A DNA stretch of 64,000 bases from an uncultured Planctomycetaceae bacterium (GTDB lineage: Bacteria > Planctomycetota > Planctomycetia > Planctomycetales > Planctomycetaceae), in assembly GCA_963815195.1 (NCBI GenBank), contig CAWFGE010000019.1, positions 160,001-224,000 of the forward strand, in the 5' to 3' direction. Positions within the stretch are counted from its first letter, which is position 1, and every line of letters starts with the position of its first letter. Below, piece after piece: positions 22,038 to 33,502 of this stretch. The translations under genes and the position numbers were made by a program. The notes under the pieces are model-generated. The model did not search any database, was not told where the DNA came from, and saw only the letters and a program-made list of their open reading frames with translations.

Positions 22038-22600
22038 CCGGGAGATTTCCATCTTCGCGGCCGTGAGGATGGGAGGCTCCGGAATCCCAGAAATAAAACC
22101 CCAACGGGGGTCGAGGTATATCACGATGGGATCGTTCGGACCGAATTTGGCCCGCTTGTTTTCAAGGTCGTTCAGCCGGAGTCGAATGCCGTCCCCCACA
22201 TCAATGTTCCGGGCCATTGCAAGAACGCTCAGACACCTTCGTCGCGATGGTCGGGGAGTCAAGCATTTCCTCCAACGAGCCCCTTCGAGCCGATCGCGAT
22301 GCACGTGCGGCAAGAGCCGGGGTACAAGCGGCGAACATGTGGCGAAAGAGCAGATCAGCGGCCTCGAACGTGGGGCAAAGGCTCCCGTTTGAAGCCGGGG
22401 CGTTTCAGCATTCGGAATCGCTCAACATCGTCCAAAGGCAAGTCTTCCGATCCCGTATGCAAGGCCAGCGATACCACTTCTCGCATAGGTCGTCGCTGCC
22501 GATTCGGTCGATCGGCCGGGACGGATCGCCCCCCTTTTCTCTTCAGCGGAAAGGCATTAGCATGGATGCGATGTCCCGAGGTTCTGCTTGAGATGATTTC

Positions 22601-22801
22601 ATGGGCGTGGAACGGCAAGCCAAATGCTTCGACGGAGGCTTCCGTCTCGACCGTCGCCGCTGTTTGCAGATTAAGGCGTTGAGCTGGCTCGGATTGGACA
22701 TCCCGGCTTTGGCAAGCCTCCGACAGGAGACCTCCGGCAACGCGCAGAGTGGAAGTTCCTGCGTCTTGATCTTCCTTACCGCAGAAGCAGTTCGGGTGTG
22801 A
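22601..22801 (+). pseudogene. Truncated 5' fragment of a second DUF1501 gene
   Basis: CFDGGFRLDRRRCLQIKALSWLGLDIPAL...SSCVLIFL resembles DUF1501 N-termini. Similarity ends at the stop codon of the convergent gene at 22776. Confidence 0.55.
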
Positions 22802-23597
22802 TCTTGTTGGCTTTCAGCGTCTCCATTTTTTCGGGCTTCACCGTCACCATCAAGCTTTTGGCGACCCATCCCGTGGCTTCGTGCCAGATGACCAGTTCGC
22901 GCGTTCCCGCGGGAAGATGCTTGAGCTCGAATCGGCCCTCGCGGTCCGTGAGGGCCACGTAGGGATGATCCTTGATGAGGCAGTACGCCGCCCCCGTTGT
23001 GAAGATGCTGCTGTCGAGGCGGCTCGGAATGCGGCCGGGCTCCGGTTTGGCCGGTGTCCACTTCCGCGGTTTGCCGTCGGCGGGGACCAGGATGTTGAAG
23101 TTTTCGTTTCTCGAAAAGAAGCCGCGAAAATTCGTGGCTTCGCCGCCCATTTCGTCCGAGATCATTTCCAACGGCTGCCCGACTTGAAGCGAAAACACCC
23201 GCGGCCGGAATTGCCGTTCCGCAAACGTCAACTTCACGGGGACGGGAGTTTCCTTGACGTACGAGGGATGGACTCGTTCCGGGCGGTTCGCGAGAAACAC
23301 GAACGCATTCTTCACGCCCTTGGTTTTTGCATCCACAATCAGCCGGCGATTGGGGATTTTGTGGACGAGTTCCGGCTCCGCCCCCAGCGGCACGGGAAGC
23401 GTCAACGGTCTCGCGAGGGGCAGATCTTCGAAATACTCTTTCAGCCGCGGATCGTCCAACTCCGCGTCCAGAATCACCTGGCCGGAAACATGCCCCCAGC
23501 CGGAGGCCTTCGGCGTTTCGCGGGCGGGTTCCTCCGCCATCGCCGTCCCCAGCAGCGACACAAAGACAAGCAACGTGAGCAATGTTTTGGGGATCAT
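22776..23597 (-). CDS. Secreted planctomycete protein with a cupredoxin/carboxypeptidase-regulatory-like fold
   Basis: Signal peptide MIPKTLLTLLVF...; GWGHVSGQV, GVKNAFVFL, FRPRV, DHPYVALTDREGRFELKHLPAG, IWHE. Confidence 0.7.
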   Translation of the reverse strand: MIPKTLLTLLVFVSLLGTAMAEEPARETPKASGWGHVSGQVILDAELDDPRLKEYFEDLPLARPLTLPVPLGAEPELVHKIPNRRLIVDAKTKGVKNAFVFLANRPERVHPSYVKETPVPVKLTFAERQFRPRVFSLQVGQPLEMISDEMGGEATNFRGFFSRNENFNILVPADGKPRKWTPAKPEPGRIPSRLDSSIFTTGAAYCLIKDHPYVALTDREGRFELKHLPAGTRELVIWHEATGWVAKSLMVTVKPEKMETLKANKITPELLLR

Positions 23598-23854
23598 TTT
23601 GTCTCTCCCAAAATGAGGGACTCGCCGATTCCAAAGCAGATAAGGGCATTCGCCGATTCTTTTGGAGAATTGCGAGTACCGCAGCTCATGATGCCAGACC
23701 CGCCCTAGGGTCGCAAGCCTTTCGTTCAGACGCAAGCGGGCGGGCATTGGTTTGACAGCGAAGCCCGTTCCATGTCAGTATGCTGAAAGTGATTCATCAA
23801 CCGGGCTGGATTGTAGGATTCGGGCCGGGGACTTCAGCAACGAGGAGCAAACCC

Positions 23855-25509
23855 ATGCCCCCCAGGTCTTTTGGCAGTTTTGTGTTCGCGCTCGCTTTCG
23901 GGCTTTTGATCGGCGGTTCGTTCGCGGCTCAGGCGGCGGAACCGGCGAAGAACGGGGATTCGGGCAAGCTCTCGTTGGTGCTCCGGCAGCGAGAATCGGC
24001 GGGGAAGGACGCGGGGCCTTATCGTGTGACCTTTACGCCCGAGACTTGGGACGCGCGGAAGTCGGCGGTGATCGTCTGCGATATGTGGGACACCCACCAC
24101 AGCGAGAATGCCGCCCACCGCACGGCGGAACTCGCGAAGCGGATGAACCAAGTCCTCATCGAAGCCCGCCGGCGCGGGGCGACGATTATTCATGCCCCGA
24201 GCAGACTGCATGGCGGCTTATGAAAACCATCCCGCCCGCAAACACGCCCAAGCCGTGCCCCGGTCCAAGAATCTGCCCGAGGAGATCGGCAAGTGGTGCT
24301 ATCAGATCCCGGAAGAGGAACAGGGCAAATACCCCATCGACCAGAAAGACGGCGGCGAAGACGACGACCGCGAAAAGCTGAAAATCTTCCAGGCCCAGCT
24401 CGAAGCCCAGGGCCGAAATCCGAAAGCCCCCTGGAAATCGCAAATCGCCACGCTCTCGATCGAGGACCGCGACTACATCAGCGACAACGGCGAAGAGATT
24501 TGGAGCATCCTCGAGCAGAAGGGGATCGACAACGTGATCCTCTTGGGCGTGCATACCAATATGTGCGTCCTGGGGCGGCCGTTCGGACTCAGGCAGATGG
24601 CCAAGAACGGCAAGCACGTCGTCTTGATGCGGGACATGACCGACACCATGTACAACCCGCAAAAGTCGCCTTTCGTCAGCCACTTCACCGGCACCGATTT
24701 GATCGTCGAGCACATCGAAAAATACGTCTGCCCCACGGTGACGAGCGATCAAGTCCTCGGCGGCAAGCCGTTCCGTTTCAAGGGCGACAAGCGAAAACGG
24801 CTGGTGATGATCATCGCCGAGCAGGAATACCGCACCGACGAATCCCTGCCCGCGTTCGCCCTCGAGCAGTTGGGGCACGACTTTTCGGTGGACTATATCT
24901 TTGCCGACCCGGAAGACCGCAACAAACTGATGGGAATCGAGCTTCTGAATGGGGCCGACGTGCTACTCGTCAGCGTTCGGCGGCGGGCGTTGCCTACAAG
25001 AGCAGCTAGCGGCGATCCGGCGGTTTGTGGAAGCGGGCAAACCGGTCATCGGCATCCGCACCGCGAGCCATGCGTTCGCGCTGCGAAACGCGAAGCCTCC
25101 CGCAGGGCATGCCGTCTTGCCGGAATTCGATCATGACATTCTGGGCGGGAACTATCACAACCACCACGGCGAAGGCCCGAAGGTTCAAATCGAAGCCGCC
25201 GAGGATGCGAAAGATCATCCCATTCTCCAGGGCGTGGATTTAAAAAACCTCGCCGGCAACGGATCGCTGTACATGACGAAGCCGTTGACGGAATCGACGA
25301 CGCTGCTGCTGACCGGCTCCATCCCCGGCAAAGACAGCGAACCGATCGCCTGGATCAACCGCCCCGCCACGGGGAACCGCGTGTTCTATACGTCGCTCGG
25401 CCACATCGACGACTTCAAAGAACCCGCGTTTCAGCGGCTGCTCAAGAATGCGATCGTCTGGAGCGTGCAAAAAGGCGAGCCGGAGGTGTCAGCCTCCGGG
25501 TCACGTTGA
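23855..25509 (+). CDS. Isochorismatase/cysteine hydrolase-like domain fused to a ThuA-like domain; frameshifts near 24200 and 24995
   Basis: Three consecutive ORF pieces: IVCDMWD...IIHAPS; GVHTNMCVLGRPFGLRQM, RDMTDTMY; GIRTASHAF, HPIL, RVFYTSLGH. Confidence 0.8.
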
Positions 25510-25590
25510 GCGCGTGTTGACTTCGTACTTACAAATCGTAAGCAAAATAAACATTCAAAGTAACCGGGGGGCTTACGCCCCCCGCTCGCC
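25484..25590. repeat. REP-like palindromic pair (GGCGAGCGGGGGGCGTAAGCCCCC family)
   Basis: AACCGGGGGGCTTACGCCCCCCGCTCGCC (25562-25590) is the reverse complement of 39836-39864 with 1 mismatch. A degenerate partner GGCGAGCCGGAGGTGTCAGCCTCCGGG lies at 25484-25500, inside the CDS end. Confidence 0.7.
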
Positions 25591-25619
25591 ATTTTCTGAT
25601 TTTTCCCTGCGAGCATTAT

Positions 25620-28600
25620 ATGAATCGTAGCCGATTATTTGTGCTGATCCTTGCTTCCATCGTTTGCTCGGCGTGGGTTTGGACCAAGAGCCGCGGAGAA
25701 GGCGGCGAGTCGAATGGACTTCGCATAAGCGTGCCGGGGACTTGGGAGGAAGTCGCTCCCAGAGCAGTTCGGGAAGTACGACGGTTACGTCGTGGTATCG
25801 CTGCGAAGTTCTGGTGCCGGAGGACTTGGAAGGGGTTGGAACTGCAGCTTTCGGTCGAGAAGGTCGATAACGCCCACGAAGCCTATTTCAACGGCCGGCG
25901 GATCGGGGGCACCGGGAGTTTTCCGCCGAAGTACGAAAGCGGGCTCGCGGCGAAGCCTCAGTATTACCCCGTCTCGGTCAGCTATGTGAAAGCCGGCGAG
26001 AAGAACACGATCGCGATTCGCGTTTATGACGCCGACGGCCGGGGTGGGTTCAAAGGCAAAGCCCCCGTGCTGATGGCGGCGGACTCGGCGATCGTCCTCA
26101 AAGGCGATTGGCAATTCCGCACCGGCGACGACAAGAAGTGGGCCAACGTGCCGGATGTCGAGGTTGCGAGCGTGCCGAGTTTCAAAGACCTCGTGCCGCG
26201 GTCCACGCTTGTCGCTGAGAACGAGTCGAACCCTGGGGCTCTCTCACCCGAAGAAGCCGCGAAGACGTTCACGGTGCCGGAGGATCTGGTCTGGCAGCAG
26301 GTCCTTTCCGAACCTGCCATTCGCCAGCCGATCTTTCTGAACTTCGACGAGCGCGGCCGATTGTGGGTGATGGAATATCGCCAATACCCGTATCCCGCCG
26401 GTCTCAAAATGGTCAGCAAGGACAAGTTCTGGCGGGCGGTTTACGACAAGATCCCCGAACCGCCGCCGAACGGTCCCAAAGGGGCGGACCGCATCAGCAT
26501 CCATGAAGACACCGACGGCGACGGCACGTTCGATCGCCATAAGGTTTTTGTGGAAGGCCTGAACATCGCCACCTCGTTTGTGCGCGGCCGGGGCGGGGTT
26601 TGGGTGCTCAATCCGCCGTATTTGCTGTTTTATCCCGACAAGAACGGCGACGATGTACCCGATTCGGACCCCGTGGTGCATCTGTCGGGTTTTGGGATGC
26701 AGGATACGCATTCGGTCGTCAACAGTCTCAGGTGGGGGCCGGACGGTTGGCTGTACGCCGCCCAAGGCAGCACGGTCAGCGGCAACGTGATTCGGCCCGG
26801 CCTCGACAAACAGCCCCGGTTCTCGATGGGCCAATTGATTTGGCGGTATCAGCCCGAGACCAAACGCTACGAAATCTTCGCGGAAGGCGGCGGGAATGCG
26901 TTCGGCGTCGAGCTTGATTCCCAGGGCCGAATTTATTCGGGCCACAACGGCGGCAACACCCGCGGATTCCACTACGTCCAAGGCGGGTATTTTCAGAAGG
27001 GCTTCAGCAAGCACGGGCCGCTCTCGAACCCGTACAGCTTCGGCTACTTCCAGCCGATGCAGCACCACTCCGTGCCGCGGTTTACGCACAACTTCATCAT
27101 CTACGAAGGCAGCAGCCTGCCCGAGAAATACCACGGCCGGCTATTCGGCGTGGAACCCTTGCAGGGCCGGGTCGTGATGAGCGAAATCACCGCCGACGGC
27201 TCGACTTATAAAACCCAGGACCTCGGCCATCCGGTGACCACGACCGACCACCAGTTTCGGCCGGTGGATATCAAGCTCGGTCCGGATGGGGCGATCTATG
27301 TGGCCGACATGTACGAACCGCAAATCAGCCACCGCCAGCATTTCTCCGGTCAGATCGACAAAACCAACGGCCGCATCTATCGGCTGCAAAACAAAAATGT
27401 CCCCACGCCTGTGAAATTCAATTTCAGCCGGTTGTCGTCCCAGGAACTGGTGGGCCTGCTCGACCATCCCAACAAATGGCAGCGGCAAACGGCGCTCCGG
27501 CTGTTGGGCGATCGCAAAGACGCTCGGGTCCTTCCGCTCTTGAAACAGAACATCACCGAGCAGCCTGGGCAGCTCGCGCTCGAATCGCTGTGGGCGCTTT
27601 ATCAGACTGGCGGGTTTGATGAGCAGATCGCGTTCAAAACCCTCAACCATGAAAACCCCACCGTGCGAATTTGGACGGTGCGGCTGTTGTGCGATGATTA
27701 TCAAGTCTCCGACGGCATCGCCCGGCGCTTGCCGAGCGGGCGCGGGAGGAATCCTATGTGCAAGTCCGCAGCCAGTTGGCCTCGTCCGCGAAGCGGCTGC
27801 CCGCGAAGCAGGCGCTCCCGATCATGGTCAGTCTGATTGCGCATGATGAAGACGCGGGCGACGTGCATTTGCCGCTGCTCTTGTGGTGGGCGATCGAGTC
27901 CAAAGCCGCATCCGATCCGCAGGCGATCCTCGAGATCTTAAAAGACAAAACCCTCTGGCAGCGGCCGATCATGCAGCAAACATTGCTCAGTCGTTTGATG
28001 CGCCGCTATGCCCAATCAGGCACGCGGAGCGATCTTCTCATTTGTGCGAAGCTCTTCGAACTCTCGCCCGACAAAGACAGCACCAATGAGTTGATGAAAG
28101 GATTTGAAGAAGCCTTCAAAGGCCGGAACCTCACCGGCATCCCGGCGGAACTCGCGTCAGCCCTCACGAAAGCGGGCGGCGGGTCGATCACTTTGGGGAT
28201 CCGCCGGGGCGATGCGGAGGCCATCGCCAAGGCCCTCCAAACAATCGCCGACGATAAAGCCGACGCGAAACAGCGGGCCGGGTTGATCCAGGTATTCGGC
28301 GAGGTGAACCTGCCCGAATCGGTGCCGGCTTTGCTCAAAGTGCTCGAAAGCACGAAAGCCGCTTCGCTTCAAAAAGCCGCGCTCACCGCGCTTCAGCGCT
28401 ATTCCGCGGAGAACATCGGCCAGGCGGTTTTGAAGGTCTATCCGCAGTTTCCCGAACAGGTGCAAACCGTCGCCCAGACGCTGCTCGCCAGTCGGAAGGC
28501 CTGGGCCCGGCAGTTTTTGGAAGCGATCGACCAGAACCAGATCGCCGCGGATTCCATTTCTTTGGATCTCGTCAGGCAGTTGACGTTCCACCGCGACGAC

Positions 28601-29125
28601 CGGATGGCGGAGCTCATCAAGAAGCATTGGAAGGACTTGAAAGGGGCTTCCACCGCCGAGATGCAGGAGCAGATCGAACGACACTCGGCAACTCTCGCCG
28701 AGGGCCAAGGCGATCCGTACAAAGGCAAGGAGATTTACACCAAGACCTGCGGGAAGTGTCATATCCTCTTCGACGAAGGCGGCCGGATCGGTCCGAACCT
28801 CACGACTTACAAACGCGACGACACCTCGCGGATATTGATGAACATCGTCAACCCCAGCGCCGAGATCCGGGAAGGCTTCGAGTCGTACCTGGTGCTCACC
28901 AATGAGGGCCGGACGGCAAGCGGGTTCTTGTTCGATCAGGACAACCGCGTGGTGGTGCTCCGCGGCGTGGACGGCCAGAACATCACGCTGCCCCGCGACC
29001 AGATCGAAGAGATGCTCCCGCAGAAAAAATCCCTGATGCCCGAAGGCCTTTTGAAACCCATGACTCCGCAACAAGTCCGCGACCTGTTCGCCTACCTGAA
29101 GAGCGCTCAGCCCTTGAATAATTGA
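25620..29125 (+). CDS. PVC-type heme-binding CxxCH protein (membrane-bound dehydrogenase-like propeller, HEAT repeats, cytochrome c) with an N-terminal beta-galactosidase jelly-roll domain; indels near 25760-25825 and 27740
   Basis: FDERGRLWVMEY, EDTDGDG, WGPDGWLY, FRPVDIKLGPDGAIYVAD, CGKCH, IGPNLT, NIVNPSAEI, SLMPEGL, DLFAYL. Confidence 0.88.
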
Positions 29126-29287
29126 TTCCGAGGCAAGTCCTGCACTCGGAATGCTTCGGCCGTCGCCGAGAGATTTGTTTCATCTCACGCAATCGAATAG
29201 AACATACATCATAAAGTTCGCTGCGGTGCGCCCGGCATGGGCGCACCGCTTCGTAAGCCTTTCTCCCTTTCCTTCGAAACGACCAAT

Positions 29288-31582
29288 ATGCACTTTAAAA
29301 CCCTTCGGGCGATGCTGGCGCCCCTTGTTTTATTCATCACGACGACATGCTGCTTCAGTCAGGAGATCGCGGACGACTGGCGGTACACGCTCCGCCGGCC
29401 CGCCGACGGTTGGCAAAAGGCCGACCTTGACGATACCGGCTGGAAAGAAGGTTCCGGCGGTTTCGGCATGCGGGACACGCCCGGTTCCCGCGTGGGCACG
29501 ACCTGGGCGACCAACAACATCTGGCTGCGGAAGACGTTCACGCTCAAATCCATCCCGGCGAAGCCTGCGCTGTTGATTCATCACGATGAGGACGCCCAGG
29601 TCTCGATCAACGGCACCCAGGTCGCGGCCGTCAAGGGTTTTACGGTGAAATACGAAGTCGTGCCGCTAACGCATGACGACAAGTCGGCCCTCAAGGTCGG
29701 AAAGAACGTGATGGCCGTCCATTGCCGGCAAACGGGCGGCGGGCAGTTTATCGATGTGCATCTGATCGATGCCGACCATGTGCCGAAGCTCCCGGCTCCC
29801 AAGCGCGAGACGAAGCCGTTCCTTTCGGAACTCATCACGAAATGGGGCGAAGCCGTCACGCCGGAAAACGCCTGGACCGAATACCCCCGCCCGCAGTTCG
29901 TGCGAAAGAATTGGCAGAACTTGGGCGGCCGATGGGACTATGCCATCACGCCCGTTGAACAAAAGCAACCGCCCAAAGAATGGACCGGCAAGATCCTTGT
30001 GCCCTTCTGCCTGGAATCCAAGCTCGGCGGCGTCCAGCGGCTCTTGGATGCCAGCGAAGCCTTGTGGTATCGCCGGACGTTTAACATTCAGCCCGCCGCA
30101 GGAAAACGGGCGCTGTTGAATTTTGAAGCCGTGGATTATCGCTGCGAAGTCATTGTGAATGGCCTGTCGGTTGGCAAACATCAGGGCGGGAACACGCCGT
30201 TTTCGATCGACATCACCAAAGCCGTTCAGCCGGGCGAAAACACTTTGATCGTTCGCGCCCTCGATGCAACCGAGGCCTGGCAACTTCGCGGCAAACAGGT
30301 TTTGAATGCCCGCGGGATCTGGTACACCCAAGTCTCCGGCATCTGGCAAACCGTGTGGCTGGAACACGTTCCCGACCGTTATATCGAAAAAGTCAAAATC
30401 ACCACGAGCGCCAAAGACGGGACGATCACCGTTCGCTCCATTCTTCAAGGTGAAGCCCAAGCCGGCGAGAAACTCAGCGTCCGCGTGCTCGATGGCAAAC
30501 AGACGGTCGCGGAAGCCAAGGGTGACACAGACGGGCTGACGCTTTCCATTCAGAATGCCAAACTCTGGTCGCCAAAAGAGCCGCATTTGTACGATCTGGA
30601 AATCGCTTTGCTCAGCCAAGGCAAACCGCTCGACACGGTGAAATCTTACACCGGCATTCGGGACGTGGGCAAAGTCCAGGACGAGGCGGGGAACTGGCGG
30701 TTTACGCTCAACGGCAAACCGATCTTCCACTGGGGGCCTTTGGATCAAGGCTGGTGGCCGGACGGGCTTTTGACGCCGCCTTCGGACGAGGCGATGAAGT
30801 TCGATATCGAGTATCTCAAATCGGCCGGCTTCAACATGATCCGCAAGCACATCAAAGTCGAACCCCGCCGGTATTATTACCACTGCGACCGGCTGGGGAT
30901 GCTGGTCTGGCAGGACCAGGTCAGCGGCGGACAGCAACCCCCCTGGACTCGCCTCAAACCCAATCCCCAAGATGCCAAGTGGCCCGAAAAAGAGCAGAAG
31001 GAGTTTCTCTTGGAACTCGACCGCATGATCGATGACCTGGAAAACCATCCTTCGATCGTGGTCTGGGTGCCCTTTAACGAAAGCTGGGGCCAGCACGACA
31101 CGCTCGAAGTCGGCCGCTGGGTCGAAAAACGCGACCCCACCCGGCTGGTCAACATCGCCAGCGGCGGCAACTTCTGGCCCGTGGGCGACGTTGTGGACGC
31201 CCACGCCTATCCGCATCCCCGGTTTCCCTTCGAGCAGGGCGCGGGCGGCCGGTTCAATGACTTTATCAAAGTCATGGGCGAGTTCGGCGGGCATGGTTAT
31301 CCGGTCCCCGGCCACCTCTGGGACGCCGACCGTCGCAACTGGGGCTACGGCGGACTCCCGAAGAACAAGGAGGAATACAAAGACCGCTACGTCACGTCCC
31401 TGAAAATGCTCAACGAACTGCAAAGCCAAGGCATCGCCGCGGGTGTCTACACGCAGACGACCGATGTCGAAGGCGAGATCAACGGGCTGATGACGTATGA
31501 CCGCAAAGTCATCAAGATCCCGGCGAACGAACTCGCCGAGCTGCACAAGATGCTCTTTACGAATCCCCCGAAAGAAAAATAG
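29288..31582 (+). CDS. Glycoside hydrolase family 2 with an N-terminal sugar-binding domain
   Basis: EYPRPQ, FEAVDY, SGIWQTVWLE, GPLDQGWWPDG, FNMIRKHIK, NHPSIVVWVPFNESWG, GEFGG, YTQTTDVE. Confidence 0.92.
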   Translation: MHFKTLRAMLAPLVLFITTTCCFSQEIADDWRYTLRRPADGWQKADLDDTGWKEGSGGFGMRDTPGSRVGTTWATNNIWLRKTFTLKSIPAKPALLIHHDEDAQVSINGTQVAAVKGFTVKYEVVPLTHDDKSALKVGKNVMAVHCRQTGGGQFIDVHLIDADHVPKLPAPKRETKPFLSELITKWGEAVTPENAWTEYPRPQFVRKNWQNLGGRWDYAITPVEQKQPPKEWTGKILVPFCLESKLGGVQRLLDASEALWYRRTFNIQPAAGKRALLNFEAVDYRCEVIVNGLSVGKHQGGNTPFSIDITKAVQPGENTLIVRALDATEAWQLRGKQVLNARGIWYTQVSGIWQTVWLEHVPDRYIEKVKITTSAKDGTITVRSILQGEAQAGEKLSVRVLDGKQTVAEAKGDTDGLTLSIQNAKLWSPKEPHLYDLEIALLSQGKPLDTVKSYTGIRDVGKVQDEAGNWRFTLNGKPIFHWGPLDQGWWPDGLLTPPSDEAMKFDIEYLKSAGFNMIRKHIKVEPRRYYYHCDRLGMLVWQDQVSGGQQPPWTRLKPNPQDAKWPEKEQKEFLLELDRMIDDLENHPSIVVWVPFNESWGQHDTLEVGRWVEKRDPTRLVNIASGGNFWPVGDVVDAHAYPHPRFPFEQGAGGRFNDFIKVMGEFGGHGYPVPGHLWDADRRNWGYGGLPKNKEEYKDRYVTSLKMLNELQSQGIAAGVYTQTTDVEGEINGLMTYDRKVIKIPANELAELHKMLFTNPPKEK

Positions 31583-31600
31583 CAGCGGGTTTCAAGCGAC

Positions 31601-33502
31601 ATGCGAATGCAAATGCAACTTCTGTTTTGGCTGCTGACGGCTCTTTGCATGTCTTCAGCGGTTCAGGCGGCCGAGAAGCCGAATGTGCTGTTGATCCTCG
31701 TGGATGATCTGAAGCCTGCGCTCGGATGTTATGGCGACCCGGTGGCGAAGACGCCGAACATCGATCGGCTCGCCGCGAGCGGGATGCGGTTCGATCTGGC
31801 GTATTGCAACCAGGCGGTGTGCGCGCCGTCGCGGTTCACGCTGCTGTTGGGTTCGCATTCGACTTCAACGGGGTTGTATTTTTTGGGAAGCCATTTGCGA
31901 GAGATTGTGCCGAGCGCCGTCACCATGCCGCAGTTCTTCGCAGAGCAAGGCTACCGCACGGAATCGCTGGGCAAGGTGTTCCACATCGGGCACGGGAACT
32001 TGGGCGACCCGGGCACGTTTTCGGTGCCGCACTATAAAGAAAAGGTCATCGAATACCTCGACCCCGCGAGCACCGACGGCGGCAAGCTCACGCGGGAAGA
32101 AGCCTATTTCACCAACCAAGAGCTCGGTAACATCGGTTCACTCCCGCGCGGGGCGGCGTTCGAGTCGCCCGACGTGCAGGATGAAGCCTACGCCGACGGC
32201 CGCGTTGCGGCGGAAACGATTCGCCGTTTGCAGGCCGCGAAACAGAGGAGGCGACAAGAAGGCACGCCGTTCTTCATCGCCGCGGGTTTTGCCCGGCCGC
32301 ATCTGCCGTTCAGCGCACCGCGAAAATACTGGGATCTGTATGATCCCCAAAAACTGCCAATGCCCGAGTACGAAGAATTGCCCGCTGGCGCTCCCGCCGT
32401 CGCGGGGAAGCGCGGCGGAGAGATCACCAACTACAAACCCGTGCCCCCGCGCGGCGATGTCGGCGAAAAGCTCAAACGGCAACTGATTCACGGCTATTAT
32501 GCGTCCGCGAGTTTTGTCGATGCCCAGATCGGCAAAGTGCTCGATGAACTCGATCGGCTGGAACTTGATTCCAACACGATTGTCGTGTTGTGGGGCGATC
32601 ATGGATTTCATCTGGGGGACTTGGGGATTTGGACGAAGCACACGAATTACGAACAGGCCAACCGCATTCCGCTGTTGTTTCGGGCCCCGGGCGTGACACA
32701 GGCCGGCTCTTCGACGAAGCAGTTGGCCGAGAGCGTCGATGTGTTTCCCACACTCGCGGAACTCGCCGGTTTGCCAAAGCCGGCCGGTCCGCAACCGATC
32801 GACGGCGTGAGCCTTGTTCCCGTTTTGAAAGATCCCGCCGCTCGGGTTCGGGATCACGCGTACCAGGCATACCCGAAGGCCAAGCTCGGCCGGGCGATTC
32901 GCACCGAGCGGTATCGGCTCGTGGAGTGGAAGAAAATCGGCGAGGCCGCGGACCAGGCGGAGTATGAACTCTACGACTACGAAGCCGACCCTTTGGAAAC
33001 CGAAAACCTCGCGAAGAAGCATCCGGAAGTCGTCAAGCGTTTGCAGGCGGTCCTGGCGAAATACCCTGCGCCGGTGGAACGCGGCGTTTCGCGAAGCCCG
33101 CAGATCGCGAACCGGCCGCTGACGATCGAAGCCGTTGTGAAATCCGATCATCCGCAAGGCGTCGTGCTGGCCCAGGGCGGCCGGCAGCATGGCTATGCGC
33201 TTCATTTCATCGAGGGCAAACCCGCCTTTGACGTGCGGATCGACGGCAAGGTCACGCGATTGGCCGCCACGGAGCCGGTGCATGGCGAGGTCAAACTGAC
33301 CGCGACGCTGGACCCAAAGTCGATGACGCTCGCAGTCAATGGCGGGAAGGCTTTAACTCATGCTTCGCCGGGTTTGATCCCCGTCCAGCCGATCGATGAA
33401 TTGAGCATCGGCTCCGATGAACGCACCGCCGCGGGGGATTACTCGTCCCCCAACCGTTTCCGGGGCACGATCCTCCGCACGAAGGTCACGCCGGGGAAAT
33501 GA
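31601..33502 (+). CDS. Sulfatase (iduronate-2-sulfatase-like) with a C-terminal LamG-like domain
   Basis: KPNVLLILVDDL, formylglycine motif CAPSR, GKVFH, RPHLPF, WGDHGFHLG, WTKH. Confidence 0.93.
   Translation: MRMQMQLLFWLLTALCMSSAVQAAEKPNVLLILVDDLKPALGCYGDPVAKTPNIDRLAASGMRFDLAYCNQAVCAPSRFTLLLGSHSTSTGLYFLGSHLREIVPSAVTMPQFFAEQGYRTESLGKVFHIGHGNLGDPGTFSVPHYKEKVIEYLDPASTDGGKLTREEAYFTNQELGNIGSLPRGAAFESPDVQDEAYADGRVAAETIRRLQAAKQRRRQEGTPFFIAAGFARPHLPFSAPRKYWDLYDPQKLPMPEYEELPAGAPAVAGKRGGEITNYKPVPPRGDVGEKLKRQLIHGYYASASFVDAQIGKVLDELDRLELDSNTIVVLWGDHGFHLGDLGIWTKHTNYEQANRIPLLFRAPGVTQAGSSTKQLAESVDVFPTLAELAGLPKPAGPQPIDGVSLVPVLKDPAARVRDHAYQAYPKAKLGRAIRTERYRLVEWKKIGEAADQAEYELYDYEADPLETENLAKKHPEVVKRLQAVLAKYPAPVERGVSRSPQIANRPLTIEAVVKSDHPQGVVLAQGGRQHGYALHFIEGKPAFDVRIDGKVTRLAATEPVHGEVKLTATLDPKSMTLAVNGGKALTHASPGLIPVQPIDELSIGSDERTAAGDYSSPNRFRGTILRTKVTPGK

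Noticed and set aside
29666..31546. Long antisense ORFs (also 34175-36370, 19117-20883, 39970-41604, 48922-50691 and others)
   Set aside because: They are shadow ORFs of well-supported genes in high-GC DNA and have no recognisable motifs.
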